From the NCBI GenBank assembly GCA_041746575.1, contig JBGTGT010000052.1, positions 1 to 35,914 of the forward strand: 35,914 nt of DNA. The letters are read 5' to 3'. A model generated the notes under the pieces. The model searched no databases and had not been told where the DNA came from. It was given only the letters and a program-made list of their open reading frames with translations. Below, piece after piece: positions 8,760 to 18,122 of this stretch. Each line of letters opens with the position of its first letter. Positions within the stretch are counted from its first letter, which is position 1. The translations under genes and the position numbers were made by a program. The DNA comes from Microcystaceae cyanobacterium. GTDB lineage: Bacteria; Cyanobacteriota; Cyanobacteriia; Cyanobacteriales; Microcystaceae.

Positions 8760-9473
8760 ATGTCGCAAACCAAAGGAATTGATTACTTCGGGAAAAAACT
8801 TCCCTTTTCCGGATTACACAGTCAAACTACTGTTAAGTTTAGACGGAAAATTTATGATTTTCTCAAGCAAGCGATTGGAGGTGTCGAGGGCAAAACTTTT
8901 CTTGACCACGGATCAACCCCAGAAACGACCAGAGAAGCTAGTAATTGCTTTATTCGCTGGCTTTTGGCAGATAATGCACGAGTTTATGCCACTTCTCCCG
9001 AAGAAATTAGCCATCTTGAACAAATATTCTCCGAATTAAGGGTTTTGCCTTGGCCTCCCAGTCTTGATAAATTACCTCGAATTGACTATATCATTTCATC
9101 AGCTGTCATCGAACATGTAGGTTCTGAATCATCCCAAATTGACTTTATCAGAAGTTTATTAACGCTTCATCCCCATATCCTTTTAACGACACCCAATCGT
9201 TATCATTGGTTAGAATTTCACACAAAACTTCCTCTGCTGCATTGGTTACCCAGAAAAAGTCATCGTGCCATGCTACGTTTGCTGGGATTGAAATTTTGGG
9301 CGATGGAAAAAAATCTGCGATTATTATCCGAAAAAGATTTAACCGACATTGTCAAAAAAGCCGCTCAAATCAGTGATAGGGAGGTCAATTTAACATGGTA
9401 TAAACCAAAATTACTCGGTCAAGTTTCTAATTTATGTATTCTGATTCAAGCCGCTCCTATCCAGTCCACTTAA
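8760..9473 (+). CDS. Class I SAM-dependent methyltransferase-like protein
   Basis: FLDHG motif I, IDYIISSAVIEHVG and LLTTPNRY..LEFHT.LPLLHWLP, typical of glycan-cluster methyltransferases. ATG 8760 is preferred because the ATG at 8697 overlaps the GT2 catalytic domain. Confidence 0.8.
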   Translation: MSQTKGIDYFGKKLPFSGLHSQTTVKFRRKIYDFLKQAIGGVEGKTFLDHGSTPETTREASNCFIRWLLADNARVYATSPEEISHLEQIFSELRVLPWPPSLDKLPRIDYIISSAVIEHVGSESSQIDFIRSLLTLHPHILLTTPNRYHWLEFHTKLPLLHWLPRKSHRAMLRLLGLKFWAMEKNLRLLSEKDLTDIVKKAAQISDREVNLTWYKPKLLGQVSNLCILIQAAPIQST

Positions 9474-9502
9474 GCTTAGACTAATCAAAAATCTAAAAAT
9501 CT

Positions 9503-10444
9503 GTGAAACCCATTTTAGCGTTAATTAAGCCCTATCTTCGCTGGATTATTGTTGGAGGAACGCTCTTTTTCTTATTGAAATCTTTTAAAGATCATTGGCA
9601 AGAAATAGCAGAAATCCAAATTACCGCCAGAGGATGGCTTTATTTAGTTCTTGCTTTATTAATTACTACTGTTGCCCATTTATTTTCGGGTTCAGTTTGG
9701 ATTCTTACCTTAAAAGCCTTGAAACAACCTATCGAATGGTTATGGGGGTTACAAGTTTATTTAAAAACCAATATTGCTAAATATTTACCGGGGAATGTTT
9801 GGCATTTTTACGGTCGTATTGTTGCCCTAAAAAATAGGGGAATGCCCTTAAGTGTTGCCAGTTTCAGTGTTTTATTAGAACCTCTTTTGATTGCGGCGGC
9901 GGCTTTTATGGTGGCTTTAGTGGGATTAGCATTAGGAACGTGGTCTTTTCAGGCACTTCCTATTAATCAGGGGTTACGAAGCTTATTATTTATCATTTTG
10001 GCAGCGGTATTGATCGGTATTCATCCGATTATTTTAAATCCTATTTTGCAAATTATTAAAAAATTAAAGGTTAAAGATAATCCTAACCTAACGATACGAA
10101 TTGAGTGTTATCCTTGGCTTCCTTTAATCAGTTCTCTTGGATTTCTGATTCTACGAGGCGTAGGTTTTGTTTTAACGTTAGGGGCTTTTATGTCTCTTAA
10201 TTTAACGCAAATTCCTTTACTATTTAGTGTTTTCAGTTTAGCGTGGTTATTAGGTCTAATTATTCCGGGCGCACCGGGGGGTATTGGCGTATTTGAAACC
10301 ACGGCTTTAATTTTTTTGGAGCAGGCCTTTTTTCCGGGATTACTGCTGAGTGCGCTGGCGGTTTTTCGAGTCATTAGTATCACCGCAGAGGTGATTGGGG
10401 CGGGTTTAGCCCTGCTCAGTGAAAAAATCGGAAAGACGAACTAA
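9503..10444 (+). CDS. UPF0104 / LPG-synthase-TM (flippase-like) membrane protein
   Basis: NIAKYLPG and IPGAPGGIGVFE...AVFR motifs in a polytopic membrane protein. Confidence 0.85.
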   Translation: MKPILALIKPYLRWIIVGGTLFFLLKSFKDHWQEIAEIQITARGWLYLVLALLITTVAHLFSGSVWILTLKALKQPIEWLWGLQVYLKTNIAKYLPGNVWHFYGRIVALKNRGMPLSVASFSVLLEPLLIAAAAFMVALVGLALGTWSFQALPINQGLRSLLFIILAAVLIGIHPIILNPILQIIKKLKVKDNPNLTIRIECYPWLPLISSLGFLILRGVGFVLTLGAFMSLNLTQIPLLFSVFSLAWLLGLIIPGAPGGIGVFETTALIFLEQAFFPGLLLSALAVFRVISITAEVIGAGLALLSEKIGKTN

Positions 10445-10473
10445 ACTAGGGAAGGGTCTTTTTACCTTTTGTA

Positions 10474-11379
10474 ATGTTTATGGTCACTCAACCCCTTTCT
10501 CAATCCGCTCTGGAAATATTAACTTGGAATTGGCAAAATTACGCCATAAAATACACAGTGATGGGGGAAGGACAGCCTCTGTTGCTCATTCATGGCTTTG
10601 GGGCTTGTCTGAGTCATTGGCGTAAGAATATTCCCGTTTTAGCTCAACAAGGTTATCAAGTATTCGCCCTTGATTTATTGGGGTTTGGCGGTTCAGATAA
10701 ACCCAACTTGGACTACCACCTCGATCTTTGGCAACGGCAAATTAAAGCTTTTTGGCAAGAACATATCCAAAAACCAACGATATTTATTGGTAATTCTATT
10801 GGGGGACTGCTGAGTTTAATGATAATGGCTCATAATCCTGAAATGACGGCCGGTGGTGTTTTAATTAATTGTGCAGGAGGCTTAAACCATCGTCCAGACG
10901 AATTAAACCTGCCTCTACGCTTAATAATGGGACTATTTAGCCACGTTATCCGTTCTCCTTTGACAGGAAAATATGTCTTCAATGCTATTCGTCAGAAATC
11001 TCGCATTCGTCGGACATTGTATCAAGTTTATCAGGATAGACAGGCAGTTACCGATGAGTTAGTGGAAATGCTCTATCTTCCTTCCTGTGATATCGGCGCA
11101 CAACAAGTCTTTGCCTCCGTTATCACCGCACCACCGGGAGCTAAACCGTCAGAACTCTTGCCTCAGATTCAATCTCCCCTCTTAGTATTGTGGGGAGAAG
11201 CCGACCCTTGGACACCGATTACAGGGGCAAAAATCTACCAAGAACGGGCAGAATTAGACCCCTATACAGAATTTTATGCGATCGCACAAGCTGGCCATTG
11301 TCCTCACGATGAGAAACCCGAACAAGTCAATCAATTTATTTTGGATTGGTTAAAACAGACCCAACCCCAACCCACCTGA
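10474..11379 (+). CDS. Alpha/beta-fold hydrolase
   Basis: LIHGFG oxyanion motif, DLLGFGGS, nucleophile elbow GNSIGG, WGEADPW and GHCPHDE. Confidence 0.92.
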   Translation: MFMVTQPLSQSALEILTWNWQNYAIKYTVMGEGQPLLLIHGFGACLSHWRKNIPVLAQQGYQVFALDLLGFGGSDKPNLDYHLDLWQRQIKAFWQEHIQKPTIFIGNSIGGLLSLMIMAHNPEMTAGGVLINCAGGLNHRPDELNLPLRLIMGLFSHVIRSPLTGKYVFNAIRQKSRIRRTLYQVYQDRQAVTDELVEMLYLPSCDIGAQQVFASVITAPPGAKPSELLPQIQSPLLVLWGEADPWTPITGAKIYQERAELDPYTEFYAIAQAGHCPHDEKPEQVNQFILDWLKQTQPQPT

Positions 11380-11389
11380 GCTTAAAATC

Positions 11390-13309
11390 CTAAAGGGGGG
11401 TTTCAGAATCGGCATAAAAGATGAATTTGAGATAGCCCTCATCGAGATTTTTGCTATTACGCTCTGCGGCAAACGTCCCACACGTGCCAATGATTCCCTC
11501 GTGATGGATAGGGTTTTGTCGAACAACCCAAAGCAGTTCACCATCCTCTAGGTTAATTTTAGAAGTGAGGGTGATAGGGGCGGAGAGGTCTGATAAAGTT
11601 TCGAGCAAAGGGGTTGCACCATTTTGTCTGCCATATCTTTGTTCATAACGATTAAGCATCCCTTTAAAATCACTGAGGCGTACCTTCGGCACATTGGTTT
11701 GAGCGATCGCTTTATCGGGGACAATTTTCAGGGAAGAACCAGCAGTATTACGAAAATAAACGGCTTCAGTTCCCGCTGGACAAGTGATTTTAGCAAAATT
11801 GGGCGGATAGCTTAAGGCTTTAGTGATAATTGTGCCACCAATGGTTAAAAAGACCAGCGCGCCACCGACGAACCAAAGGAGTATCGGGGATTCCTTCACC
11901 ACTGGCAGTTGTTGCAATTTTCGCCATTCCATCTTACGCACCAGTGCAGTAAACCCTAACGCCGGAAGAACCGCAATAAAGGGAACGGTTGCCATATAAG
12001 GACGCATTCCCGCATCCCAAGGAGGAACAAATGGCACAGATAGCAAAATCCCCAAAGTTGCCGCTAATAGCATTGAGCCAATCGGGGTTAGACGTTGACG
12101 ATAAAGACTAAAAAGACCCATCAAACTTAAGATTTGGAGTCCGATGTTAAGCTTAGCACTGTTGTCTTCAGCCGTTGCCACAAAAGCAAAGACAAAATCA
12201 TCCCAGACAAACATCTTCCACGCTCGCCAGCATCCCTGTACCAAACTGAAGGGATTTTTGCGTAGAATCTCAAAGATAATTTGATAGATGCGTTGCGCCT
12301 TGTCTTGATCACTTAGCTCAAAGACTTCTGGGTGTTGCTTATAAATCGTTAGCCAATTGCCATTGACTAAGAGTCCATAGAGAGAGTAAGAGAAGTTAGA
12401 AAATGAAGTGACATCTGGAGGAGAAGTGAGCTTAAAAATTAATGAATTCAACGCAAATCCTAGAAAAACTAAGCTAAATCCCCCTAAAATAAAGCGAACA
12501 GAAAACCGAGCCGTTCCCCGAAACTGCCAAGCTCCCCAAATAATGAGGGCAGGCAAGATAAAAAATGTCCCCGCACGGGTATTGAGGGCAAGCGTCAATA
12601 AGAAAATACCGAACAAACAGGAATTAATTTGATATTTAGCCGCACCTCGCCAGATAAAGGCTAATCCTAATGCCCCTAGCGCAATGCCTAAACTTTCCGT
12701 TGAAGCAGTACCAAGATAAACCCGATAATACATAAAAGAGATCAGCAAAACGATCACGGCGGCGGCAGTGCCATGACTGCGTTGAACTTCACGAGCGAGC
12801 AAGAAACAAGCGATCGCGGTGATCAATACCAATAAAGCTAGGGTTAACTGCCAATTTTGCTGGGTAAGTTTGAGTAAAGTGGCTAAAACTCCATGCGCTA
12901 ACGGTCGCCAAGCGGCAATATCCCAAAACTGTCCGCCTTCCAAGAAATTCAGCGCACTGCTGTAATAACCGGCGGTATCTGTGAGGGTTAGCAGTCCAGA
13001 TAGGACAAAAGCACTTAGATTCAATCCACTGCGCCAAATCCCCGATAATTGCACCGCAAAAAGAGCCAGTGTTGCCGCAAAACTGGTGAGGATTCCCCGC
13101 CATCCTGACGGCAGATAGGCAAAGTAGAGAAAAATAAAACTGCCTAAGAAAAAAAGAATCGCATCCTCTGACAAGACAATTTGGCTAATTTTGCCGGGGA
13201 CACCAATAATCAAAATGGCGGCATAAAGCAGTAGACCAACCGCTATAATTCCGAGCGAATACAACCACTGACGAGCGGAAAAAGGGAGAACGGGTTCTTT
13301 CATTTCCAT
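11390..13309 (-). CDS. Polytopic membrane protein, putative GT-C-fold glycosyltransferase
   Basis: 639 aa with loop motif LTDTAGYY...WRPL, STESLG and LNTRAG (D..Y, R-P and TE motifs seen in PMT_2/GT-C-like proteins) and a C-terminal soluble domain. Confidence 0.6.
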   Translation of the reverse strand: MEMKEPVLPFSARQWLYSLGIIAVGLLLYAAILIIGVPGKISQIVLSEDAILFFLGSFIFLYFAYLPSGWRGILTSFAATLALFAVQLSGIWRSGLNLSAFVLSGLLTLTDTAGYYSSALNFLEGGQFWDIAAWRPLAHGVLATLLKLTQQNWQLTLALLVLITAIACFLLAREVQRSHGTAAAVIVLLISFMYYRVYLGTASTESLGIALGALGLAFIWRGAAKYQINSCLFGIFLLTLALNTRAGTFFILPALIIWGAWQFRGTARFSVRFILGGFSLVFLGFALNSLIFKLTSPPDVTSFSNFSYSLYGLLVNGNWLTIYKQHPEVFELSDQDKAQRIYQIIFEILRKNPFSLVQGCWRAWKMFVWDDFVFAFVATAEDNSAKLNIGLQILSLMGLFSLYRQRLTPIGSMLLAATLGILLSVPFVPPWDAGMRPYMATVPFIAVLPALGFTALVRKMEWRKLQQLPVVKESPILLWFVGGALVFLTIGGTIITKALSYPPNFAKITCPAGTEAVYFRNTAGSSLKIVPDKAIAQTNVPKVRLSDFKGMLNRYEQRYGRQNGATPLLETLSDLSAPITLTSKINLEDGELLWVVRQNPIHHEGIIGTCGTFAAERNSKNLDEGYLKFIFYADSETPL

Positions 13310-13357
13310 AACAAATGTGTAGATAATGGGGTTGACTGAAGGTTCAGAACAAAGGCA

Positions 13358-14734
13358 TCAGCGAAACTTAATTTTTTTCGCCGCATAGAGACACATTTTT
13401 AATAAAACTAGGCCTTCTTTAAAATGTTGAATATTAGAAGTGCCATAACTTCTTGGATCGTATCTGACGGGAATGTCTTGAATTTTTAACCCCAGTTTTG
13501 CCGCTCCGAAAATGAGATCAAAATCTCCAAAGGGATCAAATTCTCCGAAGTAGGAACGGTTAGCGGCAATCTTTGAGTAGTTTTCTTGTGAAAGCACCTT
13601 TGTGCCGCACAACGAATCTTTAATTTTTGTGTTCGTTAGATAAGATAATAACCAAGCAAAGAAACGATTTGCCATTCGATTTAACCAAGGCATAGCTTTA
13701 GGATGAATGGGATAGATCAGACGGCAACCATTGGCATATTCACATTGACCTGAAGCGATCGCTTGAAAAAAATAAACTAAATCTTCAGGTCTGACGGTTA
13801 AATCCGAATCCAGAATCATCAGCACATCTCCTGTCGCCATGCCAAATCCTTGACGCACCGCATCCCCTTTTCCTTTTCCCTTTTGTTGGGCAATTTTGAT
13901 ATCCCATTGCTCGCCGTATTTTGCTTGAACCCTTTGGATTTCTTGCCAAGTATTATCTTTTGAATGACCTTCAATAAAAATAATTTCAGTGTGTCTACCT
14001 AAGCGAGGCATTCGGGTTACGCAACTTTCAATATTTCCCGCTTCATTGCGAGCTGGAATAACAACAGAGCAGGACATTTCTAGTTGTTCTGGCGTTATTT
14101 GAGGTCTGGGGCGAGCAATGACATACTCGGTTAAACATAAGTCATTAATGAGGGGTAAAGGGGCTAAAAATTTATTGAAAAGTGTAAATAATAAAGGAAA
14201 TCGTCGGGGAAATAACATCCGTTTCTCATGATTAATCACCTCAAAGTTTTCAAGATCAAGCAGATTTTCGATGTCGTGATAGCTAATCCAGTTTAAATGA
14301 CTAATCGGCATTCTTTGTTTGAGAACAGTAGCGAGTTTGAGAATCATTTCCCAACCCGGATTATGAAAAGTCAAAATAATTTTGCTATTTGGTTTACAAA
14401 CTTTATGAATATTATTGAATGCTTTTTGAATATTTTCGAGATAGCTAACCGTGTGAGGTAATAAGATAAAATCAAAGGTTTGATCAAGCTCAAAAGATTC
14501 TGGTTCACCGATTTGAAAAGAACAGTTTGGCAGTTTTTGTTGTGCTAGTTCAATGGCCTCTGGATTAATATCAATCCCCACGCCTAGACGGGGATTTAGT
14601 GCGCCTAATAAATCCCCTGTTCTCGTTCCAACCGTTAACACTTCTGAATGAGGGGGAATAAAAAATTGATGGGTTTTCTCAATATCTTTATAGTAAGCAA
14701 GATTCTTATGTCTCCAGCGTTCTAAGGAAATCAT
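13358..14734 (-). CDS. Fused class I methyltransferase-like domain + GT2 glycosyltransferase
   Basis: N-terminal VLTVGTRTGDLL...GIDIN...FDFILL; C-terminal SVVIPARNEAGNI, EGHSKD, GKGDAVR, ILDSDL, DSLCGTK and FDPFGDFDL. Confidence 0.9.
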   Translation of the reverse strand: MISLERWRHKNLAYYKDIEKTHQFFIPPHSEVLTVGTRTGDLLGALNPRLGVGIDINPEAIELAQQKLPNCSFQIGEPESFELDQTFDFILLPHTVSYLENIQKAFNNIHKVCKPNSKIILTFHNPGWEMILKLATVLKQRMPISHLNWISYHDIENLLDLENFEVINHEKRMLFPRRFPLLFTLFNKFLAPLPLINDLCLTEYVIARPRPQITPEQLEMSCSVVIPARNEAGNIESCVTRMPRLGRHTEIIFIEGHSKDNTWQEIQRVQAKYGEQWDIKIAQQKGKGKGDAVRQGFGMATGDVLMILDSDLTVRPEDLVYFFQAIASGQCEYANGCRLIYPIHPKAMPWLNRMANRFFAWLLSYLTNTKIKDSLCGTKVLSQENYSKIAANRSYFGEFDPFGDFDLIFGAAKLGLKIQDIPVRYDPRSYGTSNIQHFKEGLVLLKMCLYAAKKIKFR

Positions 14735-15062
14735 GGAACGGGTAACTCCTAATTCTAAGATTTATTTTAAGGTATTGACAATTAAAGCTAGAGTAGCATA
14801 GCACAGTCAAGTCTGCTGATCAATGAATGGGCAATAAGACAATGTGTAAAAAAGCCATAATGGGGGTATTTTGCCCAAAAGTTAGATATGATCGTGCGAT
14901 TGAAGTTCTCTTTTTTGGGAGAACTATCATCCCAAATTCTGTTCATCGCTCCTTCTTAAAGGCAAGCTCGATAGGGTCAAAATTCATATCTATTCTCATA
15001 ATATTGACAAGAAATGTTAGTAAGAAGATTAATCGGTTTAGAGACGTTATCAAAGTCAAGTC

Positions 15063-15899
15063 TTACCGTTTTTGCCAAGAAGAACCCCCGTAATAAACAC
15101 CGATAGCAAGTAATCCTAAAAATAATAATCCCATCATTCCGGCTAAAGGATTATGATCAATTCCAGTAATCCACGGATGAACGATATTAGGATAACTCAC
15201 TAATTTGCCCACGTTAATAATATAGTATCCCCAGACTAAGCCCGCATGAAGTCCAATATTCATTCCTAATTGATTCCCCCATTGTCGCTTAGATATTACT
15301 AAAATAATTCCTAATAAGACTAAAGCCGGAAATTGAGGAAATGTTCGCTTGATTTCGTCTATAGGTTTTAAAAAATGAAGGGTTGCAAAAATAATTGCAT
15401 TTAACCAAAGGCTCGTTTTCAAGGAATAATCTTTTTCTAGTTCGATTAATAGCCAACCGCGAAAAAATAGCTCTTCTGCTAAAGCAATTAATGAGGCACT
15501 TAACCACCCTTCAATAATAATTTTTAATAGAAAAAAAGAAGAAGATTTTAAATAAATCCAGCCTAAACTTCCTTCAACAATAAATAAAATTAAACTAAAA
15601 AGATAACCAATGCTAAGTCCTGTTAAATAATTAATACCTGTTTTTCTTGTCCAAGTCAAACCATAATACCCTAACCATTGAGGAACTTGATACACCCATT
15701 TATTCCATCCTTTTAACAGGAAGATAAATGCAAGGTATAATAATCCCATTGTTAAAATAGTCACTAAATTTGGATTATCGGAAATGCTTAAATAAAGGGG
15801 AATGGCAAACGGTAGCCAAATCACCATCAAACAAAGTAAAAAAAGAGGAATTCTAATAAAAACGGGATAAGTAGCAATGAGCGGTAAGTTTTTTAACAT
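15063..15899 (-). CDS. CPBP (Abi/CAAX protease-like) intramembrane metalloprotease
   Basis: EELFFRG, FATLH and GLHAG motifs. Confidence 0.92.
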   Translation of the reverse strand: MLKNLPLIATYPVFIRIPLFLLCLMVIWLPFAIPLYLSISDNPNLVTILTMGLLYLAFIFLLKGWNKWVYQVPQWLGYYGLTWTRKTGINYLTGLSIGYLFSLILFIVEGSLGWIYLKSSSFFLLKIIIEGWLSASLIALAEELFFRGWLLIELEKDYSLKTSLWLNAIIFATLHFLKPIDEIKRTFPQFPALVLLGIILVISKRQWGNQLGMNIGLHAGLVWGYYIINVGKLVSYPNIVHPWITGIDHNPLAGMMGLLFLGLLAIGVYYGGSSWQKR

Positions 15900-15968
15900 T
15901 TTTAATTTAAGACTTTATTGATGTTATATAATAAAAAATAATTTAAAAAATGAAATTAGTAACATTTT

Positions 15969-18080
15969 ATGTTCTTGTTTGACGACTATCAAGGAGAAAA
16001 AGTTATAAAATATGCTGACTTGTTTTGTGGTATCGGGGGATTTCGTATTGCCGCTAATCAAGTCTTCCAAGAAAATTTAATTCAGCATAAATGTGTTTTT
16101 TCATCGGATATAGATCCTTACGCTCAAAAAACATATCAAGCAAATTTTCAAGAAACACCTCAAGGTGACATCACACAGATTATAGCAGACGAGATTCCTG
16201 ATCATAATCTCTTATTTGCGGGTTTCCCATGCCAACCTTTTAGTATCTGTGGTGATTTAAAGGGATTTGAAGATACTCGTGGTACATTATTTTTTGAAAT
16301 TGCTCGAATTTTGTCTAAGAAGCATCCTTATGCTTTTATTTTAGAAAATGTTAAACAATTGGTGGGACATCAAGAAGGAAAAACGCTCAAGATAATTATT
16401 AGCACTCTAGAAGATTTGGGTTACTCTGTTTACTATAAAGTATTAAATGCTTTAGATTTTGGTTTACCACAGAAAAGAGAAAGAATCTTTATTATCGGAT
16501 GTTTAGATCCGCTTTCTTTTAAATGGGAACAATATTATGCTCCTTTGAAACCTCTGGGTCAAATATTAGAAAAAAATGTTTCACTTTCTTATTACGCTTC
16601 AGATAAAATCCAAAAAAATCGGCTCGAAAAATACGCAGGAAAGCCTTATAATGAACCGACAATTTGGCATGAAAATAAAGCAGGACATATCAGTGCCTAT
16701 CCCTATTCTTGTGCGATGAGAGCAGGTGCATCTTATAATTATTTATTAGTTAATGGACAAAGAAGATTAACCGAACGAGAAATGTTACGTCTTCAAGGAT
16801 TTCCCGATTCTTTTAAGTTTGTTGGTTCTTATACTACTACTCGAAAATTAGTGGGTAATAGTGTCGCTATTCCTTGCGTGTTATATGTTTTGCGCTGTTT
16901 ACTAAAATCCGCCTGTAATTTTAAGAATCATTTTTCACTAACACCTAATTCTAGTAAGATAGATCGTAATTATGTACAACTGTCACTTTTTAATAAAACT
17001 AATATGGATCTCCAAGAAGCTAAAACAAGACTCGACTTAATTATGAAAAAATCTCGGACTCGTTTTTATAAACCTATTCAAATTGCTGAGACTCTCTACC
17101 ATTCGAGAGTTGAAGGAAGTATTAATATTTTAGATATAAAAACTTATAGAACATCTTCAATACAATGGAGAGATCAGATTACTACTAATTTTTATGGGCA
17201 TCATTCTACATCTTCTAGTAGATATCAAGATGACATTTGGAATAATCATGCTATGCCACCGCATATCCTTAATATTTTAGACCAAGAAAATAAACAAAAC
17301 TTAGGTCTAGTAGAAACCTATATTTATAGTAAATTTATTGAAAGGCAAGGTGTGATTGCTGCCGTAATTGAAAAAATTAAAGAATCTCGTAATTTACCTA
17401 AAGATTTTTATCTTAAAGATTTATTATCTTTATTCAGAAAGCAATCTGAAATTAAAAGAAATATTGATAAGTGCTATGAAATTATCACTTATAGCTTATT
17501 TGAAACAATTATTCGCAGTCTTAAAGTTCAAATAACAGTCAAAGTGCCTCAAGACAATTATAAGTTATTAGAAGAATTTCAGGATTTAACTAAAGTCTTA
17601 TTAAACGTTGGTACAACTCAATTAGAGTGGACTGAGCTAGCACATATTTATAGAGTTGGTGTTACAAATACAGCTGATAGAGGTTTAGATATGTGGTCAA
17701 ATTTTGGCCCCGCTATTCAAGTTAAGCATCTCACTCTTAAGATCAATGATGCAGAACATATTGTCGACCAAGTTGAAAGTGATCATATTGTAATTGTCTG
17801 TCGAGATGCAGATGCTAAAATTATCGAGGCCATTATGAAACAGATTGGATGGGGACAAAGAGTAAGAGGAATTGTTACCGAAACACAACTAGAAAAATGG
17901 TACAATAATTGTCTAAGAGGTCAATTTACTGAAACCCTATCACCCCTTTTATTCGACCTATTGATTCAAAGTTTTGAAAATGAATTCCCCGAAGCAACTG
18001 ATCAAGCAACGCTTATAGAAAAATTTTGTCAAAGTCGAGGTTATTCTACTATAAATCTTCCTGAGTTTTGGAAATCATAA
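15969..18080 (+). CDS. Fused C5-cytosine DNA methyltransferase + HaeII-family restriction endonuclease (predicted RGCGCY)
   Basis: aa 1-~315 carry DLFCGIGG, GFPCQPFS, ENV, QKRERI, RLQGFP and GNSV, with a TRD (WHENKAG...YSCAMRAGASYNYLLV) recalled as M.HaeII/M.NgoI-like. From Met346 (ATG 17004) the sequence has KKSR..FYKPIQIAE, STSSSRYQD and ADRGLDMWSNFGPAIQVKH, recalled as HaeII-like. There is no stop between the halves. Confidence 0.85.
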   Translation: MFLFDDYQGEKVIKYADLFCGIGGFRIAANQVFQENLIQHKCVFSSDIDPYAQKTYQANFQETPQGDITQIIADEIPDHNLLFAGFPCQPFSICGDLKGFEDTRGTLFFEIARILSKKHPYAFILENVKQLVGHQEGKTLKIIISTLEDLGYSVYYKVLNALDFGLPQKRERIFIIGCLDPLSFKWEQYYAPLKPLGQILEKNVSLSYYASDKIQKNRLEKYAGKPYNEPTIWHENKAGHISAYPYSCAMRAGASYNYLLVNGQRRLTEREMLRLQGFPDSFKFVGSYTTTRKLVGNSVAIPCVLYVLRCLLKSACNFKNHFSLTPNSSKIDRNYVQLSLFNKTNMDLQEAKTRLDLIMKKSRTRFYKPIQIAETLYHSRVEGSINILDIKTYRTSSIQWRDQITTNFYGHHSTSSSRYQDDIWNNHAMPPHILNILDQENKQNLGLVETYIYSKFIERQGVIAAVIEKIKESRNLPKDFYLKDLLSLFRKQSEIKRNIDKCYEIITYSLFETIIRSLKVQITVKVPQDNYKLLEEFQDLTKVLLNVGTTQLEWTELAHIYRVGVTNTADRGLDMWSNFGPAIQVKHLTLKINDAEHIVDQVESDHIVIVCRDADAKIIEAIMKQIGWGQRVRGIVTETQLEKWYNNCLRGQFTETLSPLLFDLLIQSFENEFPEATDQATLIEKFCQSRGYSTINLPEFWKS

Positions 18081-18122
18081 GATTTATTTTTATAGATTAT
18101 TAGCCTAAAAATATATCGCATT

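Noticed and set aside
14827..15093. 88-aa plus-strand ORF in the GT2/CPBP gap
   Set aside because: No recognisable motif, overlaps the CPBP 3' end and occupies the likely promoter region of the MTase-GT2 gene.
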